DNA of 63,765 nt, the filler included, from Klebsormidium nitens (lineage: Eukaryota > Plantae > Klebsormidiophyceae), in NCBI GenBank assembly GCA_000708835.1. It is 6 parts of 6 records of this genome, joined end to end, with 100 filler letters (N's around TTAATTAATTAA, not from the genome) between each part and the next. Parts side by side here need not be neighbours in the genome. Positions count along the whole stretch, not along the records: positions 1 to 9,197 come from DF238208.1; positions 9,298 to 39,499 come from DF237775.1; 4 more parts are not named here. One strand, given 5' to 3'. Under the pieces are notes generated by a model. The model ran no database searches and was not told where the DNA came from. It saw only the letters and a program-made list of their open reading frames with translations. Below, in pieces: positions 1-9,830 of the stretch; the first letter of the stretch is position 1; each line of letters begins with the position of its first letter. Position numbers and translations under genes: made by a program.

Positions 1-702
1 AAAATAGAAAGGATAGTAGCCGGCCTTTTCGGGTGATCGGCCACACTGCCACTCAGGTCTGAGTTCGGTGTGAGCCACATATCCTGGCCAAGATCGCCAC
101 GTGGTGTCTGGCACGCGATTTCATGGCGTCACAACCCTCAAAATATGTCCACATAAACAGCCCCTTAGATGCTCGTACCGGTCCGTACCGGTCCGAAACA
201 CACACACTCTGGAGTGGTATACGGTAGCTAATGTCGACATTGTCGACAAGGCCAGTCTCGGCCTCAGCCTCCTCACCAACCCCTATTTTGCTGAGTTTCA
301 GACTCAATAACCGTCCGACACAGTGCCATTATCCACCAAAAAGGCTTCTATACTTCCGACGTCGATACTTCTTGTCATGGTTTCTGGCTCCTCATTCGTT
401 TGCGACTCAAGCTTACCGAAAAGGACAAACAGAATTTGGTAGAGAAGGGAATGATGCCAATTAGAAATTCTGCCTGACAGCCTGATAGCTTCAAAGCATC
501 AAAAAAAACTCGAGTCACCAGAAGACGGAATGTTAGTTCTTCCGTAGAGCCTTTTAGAGAGTCTGCTGCTGGGATGCTGTAGCGTCTCTGTTCCTAAGGA
601 ACCTGCCTAAAGCACTGCCGTTTCGTTGCAGAGACGTTGAAGGCCTGAGTGGCTCTTTCCGTAAGAGAGTCCACAGCCAGTCACCAACAATTCACACCTC
701 CA

Positions 703-3700
703 ATGGGGAGACGTTATTGCTCCGTCACCCTTTTCTGGTTGGCGTCCCTGGTCGTGCTGTGCCCAGCGCTCTTGGCTCAACCAGAGACGGCTGTAACCAT
801 TTGCTCCGGTCAAGCCGGGGCCTGCGTGGTTCGCAACGGCAATCTTCCGGATTTCCCATGGGACGGCCCGTGCTCGTGCTTGACCAAGGTGGTCAATCTA
901 ACCCTCGTTGACCAGGGCATCATCCACCTGCCCGTGACGTGGGCCTCCCCGGGGGCCTTCCCCGAGCTGCGGCTTCTCAACCTCACCTTCAACAGAATCA
1001 ACGACCTTCCCCCCAGGTGGGGCGCCCCGGCGGCATTTCCCAAGCTTGCGCAACTCTGGGCCTCCTTCAACCGGGTGCAAATGCTTCCCGCTGAGTGGGG
1101 TACCAACGGGGCATTCCCGGCGCTGGTTGAGCTGCGCCTTGGGTCAAACCAGATCAGCTTCCTACCAGACGCCCCCGCCTCCTTGCCCTTCTTCCCCTCC
1201 CTTCGGACATTCTCCCTTTCGAGGAACCAAATCACCGGGATCCTCCCGGCATCGTGGGGGCAGCGCGGGGCCTTCACCCAGCTTCGGTTGCTGTCTTTGA
1301 TCGAAAACAGCATCAGCGAACTTCCCGCATTGTGGGGCGCGGCGGGCTCCTTTCCGCAGCTTACAGTTTTGGTGCTGGACAATAACAGCATCGCGGCTCT
1401 TCCGGAAACCTGGGGCACCAATGGCGGCTTCCCCAAGCTGCAGGAGTTGTCATTGGACCAGAATCGGATTGCTGCGTTTCCAGCTTCTTGGGCGACCAAC
1501 ACCACTTTCCAGTCCTTACAGACACTTACTTTGGTTGACAACCAGCTGACGACTCTGCAAGACAGTTGGGGAAGCTTGTCCACATTCCCCGCGCTGCAAC
1601 AGCTGTCGCTGGATGGGAACCGCATCGCCGCTCTTCCGAGTGCCTGGGGGAGCCCTTTCCGCTTTCCGGTGCTCTCGAAGCTGCGGCTGGTGAACAACGC
1701 CATCGCGTCAGTGCCCGCCACGTGGACCACTCCGGGGGCATTCCCGAACCTCGCCACCCTCGTGCTGGAAAACAACCTGCTGACGAAGGCTCCGGCAGTC
1801 AGCTCCGCTGCCACATGGCCGTCCCTGCTGCTCTTGTCCCTTAGCGGAAACCGGATTGCCGAGTTGCCGGCGGGATGGGGCACCCCAGGGCTGTTTTCCA
1901 ACCTCCGGTTTCTTGAGATCGGGAACAACAGTCTCACTCGTCTCCCCCCTTCTTGGTCCGGCCCAAACATTTTCCCGAGTTTGAGTAAGCTGGACATCTC
2001 GGGTGGGCAGCTAGAGGAGTTGCCAGACGCGTTCTTCGCGAACGGCTCCTTGTCCAATCTTGTTAATGTCGACGCTTCGGGGAACCATATTTCTGCCCTT
2101 CCGAGCGCCTGGGGAACGCCCGGGAGAACATCCTACATCATTGACTTGAACCTGGCGAACAATAGGATTGCCACACTGCCCGCAAATTGGGGGCTCAATA
2201 ACACGTTCCCCTCCCTCTTGAAGTGGAACCTAAGCAATAACCTGATCGAGGAGCTTCCCGCGTCATACAGCGACGGACGCTTCACCGTACTGTCGTCGTT
2301 AGACCTGGCAGGAAACAGGATCCGCACCCTGCCGATAGAGTGGGGCTTCAAGCGCGCGTTTCGACCACTAAACATGCTTAACATCAGCGGCAACGGTGTC
2401 ACAAAGATTCCCAACAGCTGGGCGTTTCTGACGTCAGGGAACAATTCCTTCCCGGTGAGACGCTTCTCTGCCATGTTTCTGCAATTGACCAGTTTGCTTC
2501 GGGATCTTTGAACAATCCGAGACGGTCAGCTGACATCAGATTGGTGTAGCGTGCCGCTCTTTGTTCATGTAATATACTTCTACAGTACGTGAGATGCGGA
2601 AATGGTAGCTTCGTTCAAAGTGTCCACCCAAAGTTTGCAGAAAACCTCGAACGTCGGTTCTCACTCGCACTGTTTCAAGACACTAGGACTCCTTTCATAA
2701 GAGGACAGAAAAACAGTGGTAAAGACCCCGTCTCTCAGGTATCAAGTGTTCTTTCAATGTGACTCCCGTAATCATCAAGACGGACCAAGCCTCACGTAAT
2801 GTCCTGACCGTCCGCCGTTTTCGTGTCCGCAGAGCATGGACGAGCTCACCCTTTCGGATACCCCTGCACTCGCGGGCAGAAAGATCGAGTCAGTCCTCCC
2901 CGGGTTCTGGACCCGCTGCATCCAGTCCGGCGCCTACGGGTGCGCCGTCAACTTCCTCGGTAGCAACCTGAGCACCCAAGTGTCGGCCGGCGTCAAGCGC
3001 CAAGTTTGCTTCAGCAACATCACGGTACTCTTCCGGGGGCCCCCGGGATACGAGCTGCCGCGGCGCACCAACCCGGCTGTTGGCCGTGGATTGGTGCCTA
3101 TCGTCCAACTCGACGAGATCGATTTGGGCCCCGAGGGGGCCCATTTGACGGGCCTCCGGTTCCCCCCCCGGCCGGGCAACTTATGCCGCAACGCGCGCGC
3201 CGCGCTCGTGATCGGGCTCATGTGGGGATCAACCGGAGGGGCTCTCCTGCTTGGCATGATCGTCCTGCGAGTGTGGCACGCCTTCAAGCCGTTCGAGCCT
3301 CCCGCGTCGGGGGGCGCGCGGGCACACAGCTGGCATAAGGGCGCACGCCTCTTCCTCTGGGGCATCGGCGGCGCAGCCTGGCACGTGATCGACCTGGCGC
3401 TCGACCTGCGAGTGCTGCGCGATGTGTGGATTCAACGGCTCGACACGTGGGTTAAGTGGGTCTTGCTGGCGTTCATCATCGCGCAATACGCTGTTGCCGG
3501 GCTCTTTCTTGGGGCGTCTTGGTGGGGCGAGGCCTGGAGCGTGCCGCGCGGCGCCGCCGTGAAGCCTGGCGCCAAGCGGGCGGTTGTTGGCTTTCACTGG
3601 TGGCTGGTGGCAGACTACGCGTACTCCCACCCGGGGGCCCCGGCGCCGGTGGGCCTCCGACAATTGTGTTGGGCGGTTGCCACGTGGCCGATTGCGGTTG

Positions 3701-4143
3701 CAGCCGCGGTTGTTCTTGACGCGGCTGCAATCTTGTTGCGCTTCGGCGTTCACCCAGTGGTTTGGGGGAAGGTCGTTTCTCTGGACGCCTATGTCGCCGC
3801 CCGGGGCCTGGTTGAGGAGCTGTTCGAGGCGGTTCCGCAGGCGATCCTGCAGAGCGCGCTGTACTTGCTGGGCAACTCCGCGGCGACCAATTACTACATC
3901 GACGACGCGATCTTCATTCCGTCGCTCATATGGAGTCTCTTGTCGCTCCTGAAGTGTCTTTTGGGTAAGTATAAGGATGCGCTAGCCGTGGGCACGTTGG
4001 CGCCCAAATCCGTGTGGTACGAGCTCAGAAACATGTGCCCCTTGTTCATCGACCGGGGGGGCGTGCGCTCCGGCACCGGGGAGGAGGCCAACGCTGAGGA
4101 GGACATGGTGAAGGATAAATACCCCTTGGCCACATTTGCTTGA
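703..4143 (+). CDS. Signal peptide + about 20 LRRs + TM helix + XK-related (Xkr scramblase-like) multi-pass domain; spliced, with exons about 703-2454 and 2833-4143 and a possible small internal exon
   Basis: ATG at 703 is followed by hydrophobic VTLFWLASLVVLCPALLA. 26-aa repeats have consensus LPxxWGxxGAFPxLxxLxLxxNxI. A phase-0 donor CCG|GTGAGA at 2455 is compatible with a phase-0 acceptor CCGCAG| at 2832. The second exon has WHVIDLALDLRVL, EELFEAVPQAILQ and SLIWSLLSLL, which match XK-family motifs. Confidence 0.75.
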
Positions 4144-4538
4144 CGGTCCGCTTTCAAAATAGCGTGATACATGAAGTATGCAAGAAACACTAAAATCCTA
4201 AACCTGCCTCATAGCGCCAGCTCCAGTGCAGCAATACGTTGGGCTCTGTCCTTTTGGTTCAGTTGAGACAAAATGAGCAAAATGAACGCACATTGACCAC
4301 ATCACACGTCATGTAAGTGTCTGAATAATGGTGAGCATGTCACACATTAGGCATAAAGTGTCGAATGATGGTGAGCATGTTCCACATCCGGCAATGGCAA
4401 GACATGATGATGAACATGCCCTATCAGACCAGAACAGGGACTGATTAAGAACATGTCCTACATCAGATTCAGGCAACGAATGAAGCAGAATATGTTCCAC
4501 ATTGCCCAACCCTAAGACCCTAAAGCCAAAGCAAGGGG

Positions 4539-4679
4539 GTGAAAATGCTACAAACATGTTCAGCGTCAAGCAGTGAGTGAAAATGTCTGCAAACATGTTT
4601 AGTGTCATGCACAAGGTGAAAAATGCTACAAACATGTTCAGTGTCATGCAGTGAGTGACAATGTCTGCAAACATGTTTA
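4539..4679 (+). repeat. Minisatellite, 38-39-bp unit, about 3.6 copies with alternating variants
   Basis: Units alternate between gtgaaaatgctacaaacatgttcag.gtca.gcagtga and gtga.aatgtctgcaaacatgttta. Confidence 0.8.
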
Positions 4680-4876
4680 AGGATACAGGGAGTCACGGTG
4701 GTCTCTATCCATAATCTTAGACAAGGCATTGACAAAATCAACCAGGAACTGACTATTACTAGTCCATACTCCTTTGCATGCTACTATAACTCAAATCTTA
4801 CGTCTCGGGAAATACCTTGTTGATGAGTTAACAGTCAAAATGGTCACTGTTACATTAGCTGGTGTACTGTGTACCC

Positions 4877-4925
4877 CGAGTTTGGGATGCAACCACCGGC
4901 GAGCGTCTGCGTGTGCTCCCTAGGG
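4877..4925 (+). pseudogene. Isolated WD40-repeat fragment
   Basis: VWDATTGERLRVL is nearly identical to the repeats of the 8572-9197 gene (LWDSVTGERLRVL, ISDAATGERLRVL). No flanking repeat sequence is present. Confidence 0.55.
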
Positions 4926-5856
4926 CCAAGCAGAGGTTCAAGCGTTTAGCAGGCTCAGCCGCCGCAATGCATGCTTCAAAAAGAACATCCAGTCTTTCAC
5001 GGCATGCGGTCCATGTAATCTGCACTCTGTCGGCACGTGCGGGTATATTGACAGATGCCGGGGGATAGGATAAGAGGAAGCCAGAAAAGAGCATCGCAGA
5101 CGCACTTTAATATTGGATATTCCGCCATATTCTGTGGGCCCGTCTGTCCGGTGTGCGCGATTGGAAATTTTGGAAATGATATCGTAGCTTGCCGCCAACG
5201 TGCATCTGGCTTGGTATCCATCTTTCCGCTCATATCTTGCAACGACGGATGAGGTGGCCGACAAGGGGGCCCATGACGGAAATGATGGTGAACATGTTCC
5301 ATGTCAAGAAAGGGGAAGAGATGACCCGTAAACATGTCTCCCTCAGGAAGATACAAAGCATGCTGTGTGATGTTTACTGTGAGCGGTGTGCATCCACAAC
5401 GATATACTGGTACTCTTTAGACACATTGACTACATTACACGACATGTAAGGGTCTGAATGATGGTGAGCATGTCACACATCAGGCAAAAGTCTGGAATGA
5501 TGTTGAACATGTTCAACATCAGGCAATGGCGGGACATGATGGTGACCGTGTCCCTATCAGAATAACACAGGGACTGATCAAGAAAATGTCCTACATCAGG
5601 CAATCAGGATATGTTCCCAATTGCCTAAGCCTAACAAAATCCTCTTTCCCCCTTCATTGCGACACAAATTGTTTATTTACCAACCATCTAAATTACGTGC
5701 AACAATACAACACCTGATGTGAAATTCGCTAGAAATCTCAGGTTGCACATCTCGAGCAACCATGGACTTTCATTCCCTCACAAGTTGCTTCGATGCTCCA
5801 CATTCGAATAATCTTATGGCGAAAAGGTCTCTCTCTGCTTTTCTTTGAGGGGCCTC

Positions 5857-6416
5857 TCAAACTCCACTTGCAGGAAGCTGAACCTTCCCTGCAGAATCTA
5901 CAGCTTCCAACAACTTCCCCTTGTAGTACATCTGTTGCGTGGATGAATCCCACGACATCCCAGGGATCTTAGCTGTGCCAACCACTTCGGATGACAGGTA
6001 GTACCTGATCTTGAGGCCACTCATATCAAGGCCGCCGTACTTGATGGCCACAAGCTCTAGCACCAAAACAATGCTCATGGCAATTGCAATTGCCAGGTTC
6101 TTTCCTGATGGCTCAAGAATGAAGTAGAATAGAAAGAAGAGCAGGGCCACAAAAAGCCCACAGCCAGCTGTCAGACAATCAAGCACAAGTAAAGGGACTG
6201 CTAAATAGTAACGTGCAAATTGCAGTTTCTCCCATGCAGAGGCTGCTTCCCCTTCCGGCAGGCGCGCAATAGATGGTCCCCTGTCACACTCAGAACAATG
6301 TCCTCAGTGGGTGTGTGTGTGCTTGTTATTACAGTCCCATACCATGAACCCGCAGCAACCGTGTAGCCATGGCCTCCAGGTGGAAGACACCAGGTGACTC
6401 CAAGAAGGAAAGCCAT
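5857..6416 (-). CDS. Hypothetical small two-TM membrane protein, possibly two exons
   Basis: ORF 6186-5857 has two hydrophobic segments (GLFVALLFFLFYFIL and LAIAIAMSIVLVLELVAI) after an acceptor-like TGTCTGACAG. ORF 6416-6201 could be exon 1, but its donor is weak. Confidence 0.3.
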
Positions 6417-7067
6417 CTTTGGGCCTGATCAACCAGAAAACAGCATCTGAATCAGGGGGGGGGTAAAGGAAATAAGTTTGCAGAAGGTTTCAGATGCGCC
6501 AGCAGATATTTGAGCGCAAGAGCGGGAGCTATATCCTCGAGATAATCGGGAGTGGACCGGCGGATCCAACACTTCATCTAATGACTCGGAGATGCTGCCT
6601 AAAGACTTTAGCTGCTCAGTGTCCTAAAGAATTTTGTTTTGTTTTGAGAATGTAGGGCCTTAGTTTGACAAGGGTTAGGAAGTCTAAGTTAGTCTAGAAG
6701 CTTGCAAATGGGTGCCTCTCTTAGGGTTACAGCTGTCAGAAACTCTTTCCCCGACAGATTCGGAAAGGGTCACTCAACCGTGGCACACAGTCTGAAACTA
6801 CTGCCAAACAAAAATTGAGGTTAATTTGGAAGGGGAAATGTGGAAATTTGGGGCGCTCCCCCTCATGAACACCCTCGGCAATCATCATCCCCTGTCCGTG
6901 AATCATGCAGAACTCCCCCCGAACCGGATGTGTCCCCCAGATGTCGCTTCTGTCTTTAAACGACAGGGTACCCTAAAACCCACTTTTGCCACCTTAACCA
7001 ACCCATTCTGCACCGTTGAGCCCGCCATTAGTACACCTTTAATCTAAGAAATCCTGAAAGCCTAAGT

Positions 7068-7356
7068 GATGCAAGTCTTGACCAGAGCCATGTGGACCAT
7101 GAAATGATGCAAGTCATGACCACAGTCATTTGGCAACATAAATGATGCTGGTCATAACCACAGTCATTTGGACGTAGAATGATGCAAGTCAAGACCAGAG
7201 TCATTTGGACTAAAGACTGAAGCTCGTCATGACCACAGTCATGTGGACCATAGAATGATGCAAGTCATGACCACAGTCATCTGGCGACATGAATGATGCC
7301 TGTCATAACCACAGTTATTTGGACGTAGAATGATGCAAGTCAAGACCAGAGTCAGA
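7068..7356 (+). repeat. Minisatellite, about 38-bp unit, about 7.6 copies with a four-unit higher-order period
   Basis: Consensus gatgcaagtcatgaccacagtcatttggacNtagaat. Units 2/6, 3/7 and 4/8 share diagnostic variants. Confidence 0.9.
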
Positions 7357-7541
7357 GCAGACTGCAATGATTGCTGCAGAGCCAGCAGCCTTGACTCAAG
7401 GAAATGACGCAATCAAGTTGGCCGTAATGATCAGGCGTGATCAGCATAACACAGCCCAGTTGGCTGCTGTTGCTGCACAGATGGCCCGCCCAAGTACGAT
7501 GCACATGACTCCCGTCCAGGTATAATCTGGATCAACCACGA

Positions 7542-7838
7542 TCACACGAGGCGTAGCCGTTTTGCACCGCCTCCCGTATGGTCAGCGTGTGGCCCGGATA
7601 ACGAGATACGACATCCACCCCCATGGCCGTCCCCCAGCCGATCAAATTCTGTCAATACAGCCTTGTCTCGGACCTCAAACGTTCCAATCTGAATGGTGGG
7701 AGGCGGGGGAGGGGCAGGGGCAGGGGCAGGGGCAGGGGCAGGGGCAGGGGCGGGAGGTCGATCTCTGTCGCGGCAGCATAGGCAGTCTGCAATGAAGGAT
7801 GTCGCATTGGCGAACCAGTTGCAGATTACCTGCATCAT
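7542..7838 (-). CDS. Possible small protein with a (Pro-Ala)n linker encoded by a (GGGGCA)n tract
   Basis: Reads MMQVICNWFANATSFIADCLCCRDRDRPPAPAPAPAPAPAPAPPPPPT. The hexamer tract lies at about 7704-7752. No homology recognised. Confidence 0.25.
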   Translation of the reverse strand: MMQVICNWFANATSFIADCLCCRDRDRPPAPAPAPAPAPAPAPPPPPTIQIGTFEVRDKAVLTEFDRLGDGHGGGCRISLSGPHADHTGGGAKRLRLV

Positions 7839-8166
7839 TATAGCCTGGAGTCCACTTTTGACACCCACACCCACACCCACATCACCACCCTCTTTCAAGC
7901 CATATAACGATGTAAGAAAAGGGCGAAAATGGTAATAAAGAAGAGTTTTTTTCTTTTTTCTACTTAGGGGCTGTATTGAGACCGCGCGCCCAATATAAAC
8001 CGTCGGTCGGGTTTACGGCCCGGCGAGCAGGTGCGACGCGGCCGCTTCGGTCAGCGGGAGCCCCCTTAGGTGCACGTGAAGGGCGTTCAGGGAATGGGGC
8101 AGTGCACTGTGAGTTATCTCGGTCATTTCGGCGCTCATCTGACGCTCAGACTCACTGGCATGTGCA

Positions 8167-9197
8167 ATGGAGGTAGCGCTGGCAAATTCTGCAGCCAAAA
8201 AGCTAATCTCTGCCGTTCAGATGCTGCAGGCAGCCGTGGCAGCAGCGGACCAGAACAATCATAAATGTCAGATGATTGTGGACGAGGTGGCCGCCAAGGC
8301 CCCTTTTATTAGAGACATACTAAAAGAGGCAAGGCACTTTGAGGATGAAGACCTCAACAGAAGCATGGCGCTGAATTTGCAGTTAGCGGTAGATGCAGTT
8401 CAAGAAGCAACAATGGCAGTTTACCGGTGGCTAGCAAAACCATTCTACAAGCGGATGGGAGCCTCTCAGGCTTTCCAACCAGCTCTGAAGAATGCTAAAG
8501 AACGCATGTATGCACGACTGGCTGCCATCACGGCGCATCAAATACACCGCATTGATAGGAGGTCAGAGTAAATGGCCCAGCTGGCTGGCAGGTATGACGA
8601 CATAAGCCGCATCTTTGAGGGGCTGCTCTCTGGGACTAGATTGGAGGCGACAAAGAAGTGCACAGTTGCAATCGGAAGGGCCCAGATCGAGCAAGCTAGC
8701 AAGCATGGACAGAGCTTGCGTGGCCACACCGCAAATGTCAGATTCATCGCCTGGAGCCCTGAGGGGGGCAAAGTTGCCACGGCGTCAGCTGACAACACGT
8801 GCGCGCTTTGGGACTCCGTGACGGGGGAGCGCCTCAGGGTGCTGGAGGGTACCTTAGATCATACGATTATTGGGTGGAACCCTGACGGGAGCAGACTGTC
8901 GACAGGGACAATTAGTTTTTTAGGCCCCCCCAAAGGCGCCATCTGGAACGCCGCGACAGGGGAGCGTCTCAGCGTTGTGAAGGGCTGGATCCCCTGGAGC
9001 ATCATGCCACGGGACTATATTGATGGGCGTCTTGAAGGAAGGGTCTTGAGCCCCGACAGGAGCAAACTGGCGACAATGTTAGATGACAAGAGGGTGGCAA
9101 TTTCGGACGCCGCAACTGGGGAGCGCCTCAGGGTGCTGGAGGGCCACACCGGTCTTGTTCATTGCATCTGCTGGAGCCCCGATGGGAGCAGCATCGC
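8167..9197 (+). pseudogene. MLKL/RPW8-like N-terminal four-helix bundle + WD40 repeats, interrupted by one in-frame TAA (8569-8571) and truncated by the gap
   Basis: ORFs 8167-8571 and 8572- are in the same frame (GAG TAA ATG). The N-terminal helical pattern AAADQNNHKCQMIVDEV...AVDAVQEATMAVYRWLAKPFYKR resembles MLKL/RPW8/MCAfunc bundles. WD40 units include GHTANVRFIAWSPEGGKVATASADNTCALWD and GHTGLVHCICWSPDG. Confidence 0.65.
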
Positions 9198-9241
9198 NNN
9201 NNNNNNNNNNNNNNNNNNNNNNNNNNNNNNNNNNNNNNNNN

Positions 9242-9253
9242 TTAATTAATTAA
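9242..9253. other. Artificial assembly linker TTAATTAATTAA inside an N-gap (also at about 39544, 47754, 53603 and 61657)
   Basis: The identical 12-mer, which has stops in all six frames, sits between N-runs at five gaps. Confidence 0.95.
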
Positions 9254-9830
9254 NNNNNNNNNNNNNNNNNNNNNNNNNNNNNNNNNNNNNNNNNNNNTTC
9301 TCATGGTATAACTACTACGTCCATTTCAATTTGAGGAAGATGGTTTGGAAGTGGGAAGTTTGTTGATTGTCATTGCCGAACATGTGGCACCTTCTGATTT
9401 GTCCCTTTTTGCATTTTGGTAACACATGGGAAGTCAACCCGTCGACTAACCCGCACAACCAAACCTACTAGAGCATCCGCACACCTTATCGGACGGCTTA
9501 GAAATGGTCATTGGAACATCGAACGGTTCAGTACGGTCATCTCCTTTGGTTCCGTCACCGCGCAAATCGTGGTCAGAGAACCCCCCTGTAACCCTGCGCT
9601 TGACCTTTGGCGGTTTTAAATGCTTCTACCGGTATCTGCCACATCATCATGGATGATGGTAGGCTTCAGCCTGAGGAGTCCAGCTGATTTGCAAGCATCA
9701 ACTTCAAGTGCATTTTTAGCATGGCGGATGGATGGAAGGATTTGAGCACATGCAACCTCTCTCCTACTTCGCAGCCCTTTTAGGATGACCAGTGATTGAA
9801 GCGATGACGTTATTGCCTGGGGAAGGGTCC

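Larger units (their letters stand above)
4289..5630 (+). repeat. Pair of diverged direct repeats of about 210-230 bp (4289-4516 and 5422-5630)
   Basis: Both copies begin cacattgacYacatYacacg.catgtaag.gtctgaat.atggtgagcatgtcacacat and stay similar through acagggactgat.aagaa.atgtcctacatcag. Confidence 0.85.

Noticed and set aside
810-2057. 415-aa antisense ORF over the LRR gene
   Set aside because: It is a shadow of a GC-rich repetitive coding strand and has no motifs.
2586-2588. Possible 3-nt microexon (TTCTACAG|TAC|GTGAGA) in the LRR gene intron
   Set aside because: It is phase-compatible but can arise by chance, and cannot be supported without transcripts.
7068-7356. CRISPR-like appearance of about 38-bp periodic repeats (also 4539-4679)
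   Set aside because: The units are contiguous with no unique spacers, no cas genes are present, and the context is eukaryotic.
9242-9253. TTAATTAATTAA palindrome recurring five times
   Set aside because: It always sits inside N-runs and gives stops in all six frames. It is an assembly linker, not biology, and it weakens any synteny argument across those gaps.
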